Shown here piece by piece: positions 22,001 through 32,723 of a stretch of DNA of 64,000 bases. The stretch covers positions 160,001-224,000 of the forward strand of contig CAXXFK010000001.1 of assembly GCA_963663965.2 (NCBI GenBank), read 5' to 3'. The notes below the pieces were generated by a model. It worked only from the letters and a program-made list of their open reading frames with translations, was not told the origin of the DNA and ran no database searches. A program made the position numbers and the translations under genes. Position 1 is the stretch's first letter; every line of letters begins with the position of its first letter. Source of the stretch: Sedimentisphaerales bacterium. GTDB taxonomy: Bacteria; Planctomycetota; Phycisphaerae; Sedimentisphaerales; SM23-30.

Positions 22001-23157
22001 CTATTTCGGCAACGGTGTATTGGGCTTGACCGCATCCTTTGGATACGGATGCTTCTTGCCAAACACCAGCAAATCCGCCCGCTCAAGCACCACCACAAAC
22101 GATTCATCGACCTTGCCCTTGTCATCCAATACTGCATCCAGCTTCAAACCCAGATGTTCCGCCAGAAACGGATACGCCGCCATCCGCTTGGATGGGGCCG
22201 TAATCATGTTTTTCCTCGGGAAAATGAGCATTCCTGACTTGATCGCCCGCGCCATACAACTCATACACTTGTTTAACGTAGGGATACTCCACCTCGGGTG
22301 TATTCTGCGTCCAGTCCGAGCCATTGGATATCAACAGTTGCGGCCGGGGCGCCGCCAGCGCCGCAATCTCCGCGTTATTGGTTTTAAATCCCGGCCCCTG
22401 ATGAATGGGCATACCACTCTCGCACACACAGCCCCCAAAGAAATGGGCCGATACCTGGCACACCGGCACACTCACCGCCACCCGATCGTCAATCGCGGCC
22501 AGCAGAAATGTCTGCGTACCACCCCCCCCGAACATCCCGTCATACCAATCCGCTTCGCGTCCACATCCGGCAACGTCAGGATAAAATCCAGCGCTCGAAT
22601 ACAATTCCACATCTGTAACCGGAGCACTTCCGGCGTCTCCTTGTGCGACCACCCGGCCTCTTCCCAGTCACCATACCCAACCATATCATACTGAAAGACC
22701 GCCGCTCCCATCCGCGCCAGTACCGCGCACCGGATCTGCCGGTTGGCAATAAAACGCCCCCCGTGACCATGCGGACAAAGAAATCCCGGCCAGAGGACCC
22801 TGATAGCGGGTGGGACGATACAGCGTACCGGTCACATAAAAACCCGGTGAACTTTCTATCGCCACACTCTCGATCGAATACCCATCATAGACCCGCTTAT
22901 CGAAATACCTCGGATTTAAAGCCGTTTTCCTCCGGCAGCGTCGCCAGACCCGCGCCCGCCAGAATCCCCTCACGAATCGTCTGCTTACGCCGCTCCCATC
23001 CCCGCCAGGTCCTGATAGCTCCCTTTAAACGCCGCCAACTCCGCCCGCGCCTCCTCAGCGCTCTGCGCGTACCCCTGACGCAAAACCACCTCTCCCACCC
23101 ATCAAAACCGTCCGTCAACATCAACCCCACAATCAGCGCAATCATGAAAGTCTTCAT
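22001..23157 (-). CDS. Alpha/beta-hydrolase (acetylxylan esterase-like); several frameshifts
   Basis: Pieces give [36 protein letters not shown] (GxSxG nucleophile), [19 protein letters not shown]. Confidence 0.75.
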
Positions 23158-24431
23158 AACACAAAATCCTTTCTATAGATTTCTACCTGTCCAGATCAAT
23201 TATTCTTAATATCATCAAATTTAAAAACGCTTTTTAAATCCGAACTATTTCATATAAGCTGTTGTAATGATCATCTTTATATCGCTATCCGATTTTATAT
23301 TACAAAATTCGAAAATACATTATTTTTTCACGTATTATTCGATTAATAACATCCTCTGTCCTATAATACACCATACAACATTACACTAAAAAGGAGAACC
23401 AATATGTTAAAAGTCAGGTCAATATCCCCTGATCTATCTTGTTATTTTAGTAACATCCCTCGCTGCCACCACAATGCTACACGCGTATGACCGCGCCGGT
23501 TGGGACGCTAACTTGAGTACTTTCTTCCATAACGTCTCCGGCAGGGTCATCATCGAAGACGCCGACACGATCCGTGTCGAAAACTTCTATTATGACGGGC
23601 AGGGCCCGGCCGTCTATTTCTATCTTGCCGAACAGAATACCAATGAATCTTTCAAAAACGGCCTGGCCATCGGTTCATTGCTTACCCGCCCCACTGCCTA
23701 TAATAACGAAACCCTCACCATCGACCTGCCCGCGGGCAATACGCTCGATGGTTATCATGCCATCTCGGTCTGGTGTGCCGCGGTATCGGTTAATTTCGGT
23801 TCCGGCCTGTTTGGTGTCAACGCTGAATACACCGTCACCTTCGACGCTACCTGGAGCGCCCAAACCCATACTTATTTCCCGCCCAGCCCCCATTTCTCCG
23901 GCCTTATCGGCCTGACCCATACTCCACAAACGTCCATCTGGCGCCTGGGCGATCTCGCCTCCAATGGCATTGAATCGATGGCCGAAACCGGCTCGAAATC
24001 AGCTTTGATTGCCGATATGACCCCGCTCTTTAATTCCGGCAATGCCTTCAGCACCCTTTCCGGCGGTGGAATCAATCCGTCACCCGGTTCCGTATCGCTC
24101 AACTTCAATATCCATTCAGCTTTCCCTAATGTATCCCTCGTCAGCATGATCGCCCCCAGTCCCGACTGGTTCGTCGGTGTCGATAGCCTGTCGCTCTTTC
24201 AGGACGGTCAATGGCTGCCCGAGGTCGTCGTACCGTTATGGCCCTATGACTCCGGTACCGACAGCGGGCCCGATTTCACCTCGCCCAATAACGACACCAA
24301 CCCTCCCCAGCCAATCACCCAAATCACCGGATACCCATTCACCGGCGATCCGACCCTGGGCACATTCACCTTCACCCTCACCTGCTCCGGTACCGCGCCC
24401 GCCGACCTGAACAATGATTGCCGGGTAGATA

Positions 24432-25536
24432 TACTGTTCCTGAATGAATCTGTCCAGAAATTGCACAAACCGCTTGGGAGTGTCCGATAATAACCGCATG
24501 GAACCATTGCATGCCAAGGAAATCCAGCGATTGCGTCAGTTGCACCATACCTTGAGAGACCGGCGTCAGGCAGACAAGATCAAGGCGGTCATTCTGCTGG
24601 GAACCGGTTGGACCGTGGCCAAGGTGGCCGAGGCGTTGCTTCTGGATGAAAAAACCATCCACCGGTATCAGCATGCCTATCACCGGAATCCGAACGGCTC
24701 GTTCTGGGAGACCGATTATCAGGGCAGCCAATGCGAGTTGAGCGAGCAGCAATTGCAGCAATTGGATCAGCATCTGCAACAAACCGTTTATCTGACCGTG
24801 GCGGCCGTGGTGGATTATGTTCGCAAGGCGTTCGGAGTCTACTATTCGGTGCAAGGCATGACCAATTTGCTGCATCGTTTGGGATTTGTTTACAAAAAAC
24901 CGGTGCTGGTTCCCGGTAAGGCCGACGCCGCCCGGCAAGAGGCATTTATCAAGCATTACAAAAAGCTGAAGGCCAAGAAAGCTCCCATTTATTTCATGGA
25001 TGGCGTGCATCCGCAACACAACAGCGTCGCGGCCTGCGGCTGGATCAAGAAGGGGCAGACGGTCACGCTGCCCAGCAACACCGGCCGCCAGCGCTTGAAT
25101 ATCAACGGGGCGCTGAACCCCGCTACGCTGGAAGTGGTGATGGAGATTGCGGCGACGCTTAATGGCGACACCACCATCGCCCTGCTGAAAAAGTTGGAAA
25201 GGAAACATCCGGAAGCCAAGGTGATTTATGTGATTCCGGACAATGCCCGATACTATCGCAGCCAGGCGGTGCAGGACTATTTGAAGGGCTCCCGGATTCG
25301 TCTGGAGTTTTTGCCGCCTTATTCGCCCAATTTGAATCTGATCGAACGATTGTGGCGCTATTTTCGCAAAAGAGTATTGCATAACAAGTACTACGAGACT
25401 TTCGCAGAATTTGAGAAGGCCTGTCTGCTCTTCTTTAAAAAACTCCGGTCATACCGACCGGAACTCATAACCTTGCTGACTGAGAAATTCCACATCATAG
25501 GTGCTTGATACCGGACATTCTCATGTTGGAAGAGTA
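24432..25536 (+). mobile_element. IS630-family insertion sequence (~1105 bp) with TA target duplication
   Basis: TA at 24430-24431 and 25537-25538; imperfect IRs TACTGTTCCTGAATGAATCTGTCCAG and TACTCTTCCAACATGAGAATGTCCGG; excision restores the host reading frame. Confidence 0.92.
24498..25508 (+). CDS. IS630 transposase
   Basis: HTH N-terminus, YFMDGVHP, IPDNARY, LPPYSPNLNLIERLW DDE motifs. Confidence 0.95.
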   Translation: MEPLHAKEIQRLRQLHHTLRDRRQADKIKAVILLGTGWTVAKVAEALLLDEKTIHRYQHAYHRNPNGSFWETDYQGSQCELSEQQLQQLDQHLQQTVYLTVAAVVDYVRKAFGVYYSVQGMTNLLHRLGFVYKKPVLVPGKADAARQEAFIKHYKKLKAKKAPIYFMDGVHPQHNSVAACGWIKKGQTVTLPSNTGRQRLNINGALNPATLEVVMEIAATLNGDTTIALLKKLERKHPEAKVIYVIPDNARYYRSQAVQDYLKGSRIRLEFLPPYSPNLNLIERLWRYFRKRVLHNKYYETFAEFEKACLLFFKKLRSYRPELITLLTEKFHIIGA

Positions 25537-25634
25537 TATCAACGACTTGGCCATTTTTGCCTCCCAATGGCTGCTGGACTGCGCCCAGACTCCACATAAT
25601 CCATTCTGCTTATAATCAAAGGGTGTATTCGTAC

Positions 25635-25665
25635 ATGGCATGGATCAATCTGTTATCCATGCCAT
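25635..25665. terminator. Hairpin between convergent genes (terminator or REP-like)
   Basis: ATGGCATGGAT-N9-ATCCATGCCAT. Confidence 0.45.
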
Positions 25666-25885
25666 TCTATTCCAACTTCCCCAGAATACACAACTGATTC
25701 AATCATGACTTTATATGGTTTAATGCAACAAACAATCATTATCTAATATCATTATTTACCGTTGCATGTCCGACGGGTCTCAATTGATATAAAAGAAGAA
25801 CCGCCTTCCCACAGAGGTAAGACGGTCCCATTGATTAGGTTGATCTATTTATACCATTTACGTTTTCAATACCTGATGGGTATAT

Positions 25886-27538
25886 TTACGGAATATCCAA
25901 ACACAGTCCATAAGGTTTGGCGCAATTCAGCCATTGGCTGGAAATCACCTGTAAGTCCCATAGATCGACGACACAATCGCCATTAACATCACCGGCCAGC
26001 TTCGATGAACATTCATAGATAATGAACGGTACCGGTGATACCGTGCAGATATCTGGATTTTCCGCCTTGCGGAGTCGTAACAAACACTGATCCGAGGTCA
26101 GAACAGGAGCTTCCCACGTTACTACACCGGTATTGAATGCGTAACCCAGGAATTGCCAGGTCTGACCATTATCCGAAGACAACTCAAATCCAATCCGCCC
26201 AAACTGATTATCGTCAGTCCATTCAATCGAAATGGTCTCCCCGGCATAATAAGCCTCACCACCAACCGGAGAACTCAACATAAACGGGCTGGGATATGCC
26301 GGAACCAGTTTTAACAGGGTCGAACCATTAGCGACAGCATGAAAACCCAAAGCGCCATCCCAGGATACGCCGCCCATCAGACGAATCCGCAGATAAAATT
26401 GATAATTACCCGCCGGCAATATCCCCACCGGCGACCCGGTTGGACTACCGCCCGCTACATCCACATCCAGTCCTTCCAGTATATTGGAAAAAATAATCTC
26501 ATCGGTATCGGTATTCTTCAGCTCGATCTGACCATCCAGATCGCCAATAATCGTAGTCAGATCGTTCACGGTTGTATACATACCGGAAATCTCATAGTCG
26601 GTCTGAGCCAGAACCATAAACGGCAAAGTCGCCTCAGAAGTCGTATAACCGCCTTCTTTGAGTTCGAGCTCAGAAACCAGCTCCGTTTCACCACCCGTCC
26701 GAGCCTGATAGGTAATCGTTCCCGTATTAACGTACGATGGGGCATTGCCATTGGCCTGCGACGCCGTGGCCGCCGCCTCACCCAGCAAGGGCAAAGGCGT
26801 AATCGTCTGTGACTCAACATGACCCCACCAGGGAACATGCGAACTCTGCTTGATTGAACCGGCCGGCGTTGAAATCAGACTCAAAGGTAATATTTCCAGT
26901 GTAATCATCCCGCTGCCGCTATGATTTTCCCATGAACCCGCACTACCATGGGACATTTCCGCTACCACCTGAAAATCATAAGTACCCGCCGGCAATACCC
27001 CCCAATAGCTGCCGGTCTGCCCGGCTTCAGTCTGAACATCCAGTGCCTGGCCGGTCTGGTTATTCTCAAACAGGGTGATTCCACTGTTCACATCAACCAG
27101 GCTGATCTCCAACTTGCCATTAGCGGCCGTCGTCTGATAACTCCCGGATAACTGATACAGATAGTTCCCGCCCGTCGTAATCTGGAGAGTCCCGGTCGAT
27201 CGCAAAAATCCGCCCACTGTCATGGTATGATGAATATCAAAGGCCAGAACACCCGGACTCTCACCCTGGTAATTAATCGATCCACTGTTTTTTAGCGAAT
27301 CCGAAGTGCTATGATCCCAGTATTGATCCGCGCTCGCCGTGGCATTGCCCGGGAATTCCAATGGAGTCGCAGTACCCGAATTGGTATGCCCCCACCAGTA
27401 GGTGCGCGCCTGCTGCAATAGTGAACTGGTCTCGCCCAACTGAATTTGTAACGGCACTTCCGCGCGCGCTGATAAGCTACTGAATAGAATTAAACTTAAA
27501 CCGAACATAATCATTGTTTTGATTTTATGATAACCCAT
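25886..27538 (-). CDS. Secreted protein with duplicated N-terminal module, Ig-like domain and dockerin-like tail
   Basis: Signal peptide; two WWGH...TPL...G.A.A.A repeats; SPVGGEAY...ELSSDNGQTW; tail GDVNGDCVVDLWDLQVISSQWL. Confidence 0.75.
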   Translation of the reverse strand: MGYHKIKTMIMFGLSLILFSSLSARAEVPLQIQLGETSSLLQQARTYWWGHTNSGTATPLEFPGNATASADQYWDHSTSDSLKNSGSINYQGESPGVLAFDIHHTMTVGGFLRSTGTLQITTGGNYLYQLSGSYQTTAANGKLEISLVDVNSGITLFENNQTGQALDVQTEAGQTGSYWGVLPAGTYDFQVVAEMSHGSAGSWENHSGSGMITLEILPLSLISTPAGSIKQSSHVPWWGHVESQTITPLPLLGEAAATASQANGNAPSYVNTGTITYQARTGGETELVSELELKEGGYTTSEATLPFMVLAQTDYEISGMYTTVNDLTTIIGDLDGQIELKNTDTDEIIFSNILEGLDVDVAGGSPTGSPVGILPAGNYQFYLRIRLMGGVSWDGALGFHAVANGSTLLKLVPAYPSPFMLSSPVGGEAYYAGETISIEWTDDNQFGRIGFELSSDNGQTWQFLGYAFNTGVVTWEAPVLTSDQCLLRLRKAENPDICTVSPVPFIIYECSSKLAGDVNGDCVVDLWDLQVISSQWLNCAKPYGLCLDIP

Positions 27539-28090
27539 AATAGAGTCTCCTTTGGAGAAAAGATAATCAATTTAATACGATTACCCGATGCCGCTATGAA
27601 ACAAAACGAGATACGCCGGCCATCGGGACAGCCACCCCAAAAATCTCGTTTTGCTTTCGAAGTTACCGCACAGAACGAATCCCCTTGCCCAACCAGCACG
27701 GCTTACAGACAATCATCAGCAATTCTGGAATGAATTGCCCATAACATCTGTCGTCCACATCACTGATTGACATTGTTACCAACAACTCCTGCCGCCGGTC
27801 ACAACTGAAAACACTTTCGTTTGGCGCTAAAATTCGCTTTTCGCCTTGCCTCAATACAGTCAATATCAAGTGTATTCAAAACTTAAAAACTATAGGACCA
27901 AACCCTCAGGAAGTCAAATAATCCCGAACCAAGCCTGTTTCTGGTATACAAAAGAACAACGTCCAATACCTCTTGACAAAAACAATCAGGCGTTAAAAAA
28001 AAACTTCTGATCAATCACACCTATTCACTCCTCCTGAATGGCAAACCAGGCCAGACAAGTTCGGCTGCAACAAGGTTCATACTGTTCGAT

Positions 28091-29263
28091 TTATTTCTTG
28101 ATTTCCATCGGCGCCCATTGGATAACACCATCCACCACCCTCGGCGGCGCCATCACGGCGAATAACTCCGTCGGCCAGGCGGTCAGCCGGCTGAAACCAT
28201 CCGGAGTTGCTTGTTGAAACTGAAGATAAGCCTGCACCGTTCCCCGGGTCGTATAACCGATCGCTTGCGACTGACCGCCAGTCCCAAACACCTGGTATCC
28301 CGCCAGAATACTATCTTCCAGATCGATATGCAGATAGTCCGGATGTTTTTCACTGCAGATAATACCCGTCGAAGGAGAGATGCTCGGCTGAGAAAAGTTC
28401 AGCACCATCATGCGGCAGTCACGACATCGGACCCGCACACACTTGCTGGCAAAAGAAACCTGCACCGCGTTATCCGGATGCACCATAATACAATCTTCAA
28501 AAACCGCGTGCGGCTCATTCGGCATTTGGGTTTCCCAGCCGCCCACCAGTACCGCGCCCGTATCGCCACCCCAATCCAGCGCCATAAAATAACACCGGCG
28601 AAACAAACTCGGCTCACCCGGCCGCACTACCGGATAACACAAACCACCCCCAAACGCGCGCCCAATCCCCACACAATCTTCCACCCGGACACTGAAGCCC
28701 TCTCCGCTCTTGTGGGTCAGATCCCAGAACAATCCCGCGTCCCCACCGGTCGCGTAAAGATAACGAAACGCCCACCGGTCCCAGACCACACTGGAAAAGT
28801 TGGTCTTGTTATTCCCTGTATGCCACTCCGTCGTCGAGGCTCGCATCGTCGACCACCAGTCCCAGCTCTTAAATCCCTTTTCTTCATCGCCGGCGTCAAT
28901 CACTACCCATCCCGTCGCGCCCGACCCCAGCTTGCCATCCACATCGCCAATCAGAAGATTATAAGCCCCGGCCGCGCCCGGATGCGGCGTTTCCAGATTC
29001 GCCTCCATATAATGGTCCGGCCGGACAATAACCCGGTGACCGCCCCGGTCATCCGGAATCGCGTTCAACGCCCGCTGAATACTCCCAAACGCCGTCGCCC
29101 AGCTCTGCCCCGTGGTATTATCACCCGCCTTGGACACATACAACGTCACTCCCACACGCCCATCATACCCCGAATCCCCCACTACCGGGCTAACCGCCCA
29201 CACCGGCGTAGTGCCCCCGATACTAACCAGCAACATCAAAATCGCATAACCAATCTGTTTCAT
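28091..29263 (-). CDS. Secreted hypothetical protein, probable parallel beta-helix fold
   Basis: Signal peptide; LYVSKAGDNTTGQSWATAFGSIQRAL...IVRPDHY is a typical beta-helix N-cap. Confidence 0.6.
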   Translation of the reverse strand: MKQIGYAILMLLVSIGGTTPVWAVSPVVGDSGYDGRVGVTLYVSKAGDNTTGQSWATAFGSIQRALNAIPDDRGGHRVIVRPDHYMEANLETPHPGAAGAYNLLIGDVDGKLGSGATGWVVIDAGDEEKGFKSWDWWSTMRASTTEWHTGNNKTNFSSVVWDRWAFRYLYATGGDAGLFWDLTHKSGEGFSVRVEDCVGIGRAFGGGLCYPVVRPGEPSLFRRCYFMALDWGGDTGAVLVGGWETQMPNEPHAVFEDCIMVHPDNAVQVSFASKCVRVRCRDCRMMVLNFSQPSISPSTGIICSEKHPDYLHIDLEDSILAGYQVFGTGGQSQAIGYTTRGTVQAYLQFQQATPDGFSRLTAWPTELFAVMAPPRVVDGVIQWAPMEIKK

Positions 29264-29322
29264 TTCAATCATCCTCATTTCAAGAACATCCAGCATACCT
29301 GATCCAAAATGATTACCCGCCT

Positions 29323-30849
29323 TTATTCCAACTCAATCCTCGGCGGCCCACCCACTGGAAAATCCCCCTCATAAACCGGCTCCAATCCACCCGACTTTTT
29401 CTGAATATATTTGTTGCGATACGCCGCCCACTGCTCCGCCGTCTCCAGCAGCGCCTCTAACTGAGCTCTATAATCCTTAACATGCCCCTCAGCCAGACCA
29501 CTCCGGGCCGCCAGTTCCAATTTATCCAGCGCCCGCCGCGCCAGCGCCACCGCCTCCTTACTTTCAAGGAACACCTCACCCACCGTCCGGCCATCCGGCC
29601 TGGCCAGCCGCGCGCAAACCGCCTCATATACCGGATGCCACTTCCTGATATACTGGATATGCCCGTCGGCATAGCTCGCACTCGGCAACCGGCTGTGATT
29701 ATTATACCAGCACCCCAGCATGAAATAACACCGGTTCAGCACATCATCCGTCAGCTTCATCGCCTCGGTCAGCGGCGCCAGATACGCCCCTTCGCCAACC
29801 CGCCCGGCCAGATACTCCCGCCAGATCTGTTCCGCCCCCACCGCCGGATCCTCGGCATACCGCTTCATCGCGTACAGATTCAGCTCATTCCAGCCGCTCC
29901 CTTCGCTGATCCCGCGCACCGCCGGCGGATTCTCCCCCATCCGTTCCACCCGCGCTACATACCCATAAGCATTTCGCGCCCGCGCGTACTGCATGCGAAA
30001 ATGCAAATACTCCGGATACAGATACGGCACATGCCCCTGGCCATAAAATTCCGCCCCCGGATCGTATTCAATGATATGCTGCCGGTCGGCATACTGCCCG
30101 ATCGCCAGGTTATGCGGATAAAACACCTCCCAGTCATGCGGTACGCACTTGCTCATCAGCATAATTTTCGGATCGATCATGGCAAACGCCTCGGCAATCC
30201 CCTCCACCTGACCCGGCTCATACGCGAAAGTTCTCACCACCAGCGTCTTATCCAGCCGCTGACAGGTCCGATAGAGATGATTGATCAACTTGGCCACCCG
30301 TTCGGCCAGTGGCATATCGCTCTCCACATCAAACACCTTGATATCCGTCTCATGAAAAGTCAGCACAATCCCATCCAGCCGGGGCATCACCCTGAACAGC
30401 TGGGCATACCGATCATCCAGCAACTCCCACACCGCCTGCCCATCGAACCACTTTTTCTCCTTGGTTATCTCCCTGGGTATCCCCGCGAACTCATGCGTCC
30501 ACACCTGCACCGTCATCCCCCGTTCATGGGCCAGCTCGATATACCGGTTAAACCGCTCGATCTTACCCTCATCCTGCAATAACCGATGGGCGAACATCAC
30601 CAGGTTGTGACTCAGCTGAATATTATTCACCCCAAACCGTTCCGCCGCCGCAATTAAATCTCCCACCTGCTCATTGTCGTTCTGCAACTGCCACGACCGC
30701 CAGGGCAGCGCCCGCGCCGACTGCCGCTCCGTAGCCGGATGCATCTCCGGCTGCATCCCCCACGGCCCCGCCTGCTCACCAGCAACGGCCAACCCACCCA
30801 ACATCACTAATCCCATCACCACCATCCCGAAACAGCCACACATTCTCAT
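29323..30849 (-). CDS. Secreted hypothetical protein, possibly glycoside hydrolase-like TIM barrel
   Basis: Signal peptide; AHERGMTVQVWTHE, LDGIVLTFHE, VVRTF, KCVPHDW, EYDPGAEFYGQ resemble GH67/GH115-like barrels; family uncertain. Confidence 0.5.
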   Translation of the reverse strand: MRMCGCFGMVVMGLVMLGGLAVAGEQAGPWGMQPEMHPATERQSARALPWRSWQLQNDNEQVGDLIAAAERFGVNNIQLSHNLVMFAHRLLQDEGKIERFNRYIELAHERGMTVQVWTHEFAGIPREITKEKKWFDGQAVWELLDDRYAQLFRVMPRLDGIVLTFHETDIKVFDVESDMPLAERVAKLINHLYRTCQRLDKTLVVRTFAYEPGQVEGIAEAFAMIDPKIMLMSKCVPHDWEVFYPHNLAIGQYADRQHIIEYDPGAEFYGQGHVPYLYPEYLHFRMQYARARNAYGYVARVERMGENPPAVRGISEGSGWNELNLYAMKRYAEDPAVGAEQIWREYLAGRVGEGAYLAPLTEAMKLTDDVLNRCYFMLGCWYNNHSRLPSASYADGHIQYIRKWHPVYEAVCARLARPDGRTVGEVFLESKEAVALARRALDKLELAARSGLAEGHVKDYRAQLEALLETAEQWAAYRNKYIQKKSGGLEPVYEGDFPVGGPPRIELE

Positions 30850-31011
30850 AGCACAACACCTTTCTCTAATAAAATATGAATACCAGGGCTCAAGAACCAT
30901 CAGAAACAATTAATGTCCCATTTTACCAACCCCAACCTCAAACCGCAAGCAAGCTTTTACTCCCCCAAAGTACCACAACCACCCTGCCCCTGATTCCCCC
31001 CTCCTGCCTTT

Positions 31012-31610
31012 TTTTCACGTCTTTCCGCGTTTTTCCGTGGTTTAATTGGCTGTTATATTCTTTAGCTCTTTAAAAGCTCATTTTCTGTTCATTTCATTAC
31101 GCTCTATATCCATAACAAACCACCAGGCACCCAAATCCCTCAACCAAGCCACTGGCCTTCGTGTAGCGCCGTAGGTCGAAAGATCCGCCTCAGGAGGACG
31201 CTCTTCGTGCAGCCGAAGGTCGAAGATCCGCCTCAGGCGGGCGGCTCCGTGGTTCAAACGGCTGTTATATTTTTACATCAAATCCCCTCTCTTATCTCCT
31301 GTAAAACCATTAATCCTGTCTAAAAAAGCTGTTGTTTTTCTCGTGTCTTTGTGAAATTTGACTGTGAGGTATAGTATCTTTGGTTGCGTCCAGACCGCTC
31401 TGTATGATGTATCTGGCTGTTTCATCTGCGTCCATCTGTCCCGATTTACATCGGGATCTGCGGTTCAAACGGCTGTTATATTTTTTTCAATTCTCAAATT
31501 TCCAATCTCAAATCACTCCCCCGCATCAACCATAACTCCACAACCATGAATTGTCTTTAACCTCGGTGGCCTCTGTGTCCTCGGTGGTAAATCTGGCTGT
31601 TATATTTTTT
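31012..31610 (+). repeat. Mosaic array of ~9-nt tandem-repeat units joined by a GGCTGTT(ATATT) linker, with nested palindromes and a boxA-like site
   Basis: Units such as TTCCGCGTT/TTCCGTGGT, ATCTGCGTC/ATCTGCGGT and CCTCGGTGG/CCTCTGTGT/CCTCGGTGG, each followed by GGCTGTT at about 31048, 31260, 31415, 31471 and 31595; AGCTCTTTAAAA at 31064. Confidence 0.7.
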
Positions 31611-31900
31611 TTAAATTTCAGATACCTCCCACCCAAGACATCTCCCCAAACGTACCACAACTATCCTGCCCGTAATGTCCCCCCCGTAGAATGCAATGCC
31701 TTGCGTCTCCTTCTCACAACCCAGTACCTCTTAATTCATGTCCCATTATAAAATTCAAATCAATTTCTATCCATTAAAAGCACAATACCCCACATCGTCA
31801 ATTTTCCAATATTTAAGTTGTCAACCCGAATCTGGTCATTATAATGCAAAACAAAGACAAAGACCAACACAATCTATGATTGAATCATCGGAGATTGAAA

Positions 31901-32422
31901 ATGTTTGGGAACAAACCGAAAAAAAACAATTTCAGAGATAAACCCAGGATCCATCATTACGATTTCGCCCACATCGCGTTAAGAAAATTCTGCGCCGGTA
32001 ACCCGCTCAAATTTTTCACTGTCATGTTCTCAAACCAACGGGATGATTTCATCGGCCACGTCTGGCAGGCCGTTCGCGAACAATGCGATAACAAAGAGAC
32101 CGCCGATTTCACCGATAAAGACATCAAATTATCCCTTTACAAAATCGAGGGCTACCCGGCCATTATCATCGAAATGCCCCAAGCCTGCGCCATCGCCGAG
32201 GCCATTTTGATCGGCATTGTCCTGACCTCATGCCCCGAAGATAGCAACGAAACCGCTAACGCCTATTTTCGCTATTTCGTCCTGGAACAGAGCATCGACG
32301 CCCACGGCAAACTCAACCGGACAGTCTTTTGCGAATGGGCCGGCGATTGCCACCTGAACAAAGGTGAAGGTCCCAAAGCTTCTATAGAACCCTTTATCGA
32401 GACCATCAAACAATATCTTTAA
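31901..32422 (+). CDS. Hypothetical protein
   Basis: RBS GGAG; upstream TTGTCA-16-TATAAT at 31818-31845; motifs HYDFAHIALR, RYFVLE, FCEW...H.N.G.GP. Confidence 0.7.
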   Translation: MFGNKPKKNNFRDKPRIHHYDFAHIALRKFCAGNPLKFFTVMFSNQRDDFIGHVWQAVREQCDNKETADFTDKDIKLSLYKIEGYPAIIIEMPQACAIAEAILIGIVLTSCPEDSNETANAYFRYFVLEQSIDAHGKLNRTVFCEWAGDCHLNKGEGPKASIEPFIETIKQYL

Positions 32423-32603
32423 TCCCAACCAGACAACCTGGATAAATTCAAAAATTTGCCCGGCCGGGCAAACCGAAATCCCAACTCATCCTCGCATTTT
32501 CTCCATACTACAATCCTTCAACCCTTTGTTTTCTTAGCGAGCTTTTTTCTTATAGGTTATTTTGATGGTCCCGAACTTTTTGTCTTGTCGATCCAGTCTA
32601 AAT

Positions 32604-32716
32604 GGCTGTTTTTTTCGTGTCTTTCCGTGTTTTTCAGTGGTTATATCTTCTTACATTTTAATAACTTAACTACGTTTTTATCTTCGTCCATCTACAGTTA
32701 ATCCCGCTGTCATATC
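32604..32716 (+). repeat. Short copy of the tandem-repeat mosaic
   Basis: GGCTG-TTTTTTTCGTGTCTTTCCGTGTTTTTCAGTGGTT-ATATCTTCTTA...ACTTAACT, homologous to 37284-37380 and 37522-37620. Confidence 0.6.
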
Positions 32717-32723
32717 TTTATTC

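Larger units (their letters stand above)
23404..25615 (+). pseudogene. Secreted DM13 + Spondin_N + dockerin-like protein, interrupted in its dockerin by IS630
   Basis: RBS AAGGAG and ATG 23404, with the signal peptide restored by removing one C at 23426-23429. DM13-like FYYDGQGPAVYFY...ISVWC; Spondin_N HFSGLIG, SMIAPSPDWFVG, YDSGTDSG. Tail ADLNNDCRVDI|NDLAIFASQWLLDC is split by the IS. Confidence 0.8.

Noticed and set aside
19950..23157. Programmed frameshifting or true pseudogenes in the GH27 and esterase genes
   Set aside because: Many same-direction single-base insertions in homopolymers with otherwise intact motifs fit sequencing error better.
27540..27800. Fluoride or other riboswitch upstream of the 25886-27538 gene
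   Set aside because: A hairpin (AAAACGAGAT/ATCTCGTTTT) is present, but the conserved aptamer nucleotides could not be matched.
24378..30582. Long antisense ORFs (24378-25382, 28211-29302, 29482-30582)
   Set aside because: Shadow frames of real genes, with no RBS or recognisable motifs.
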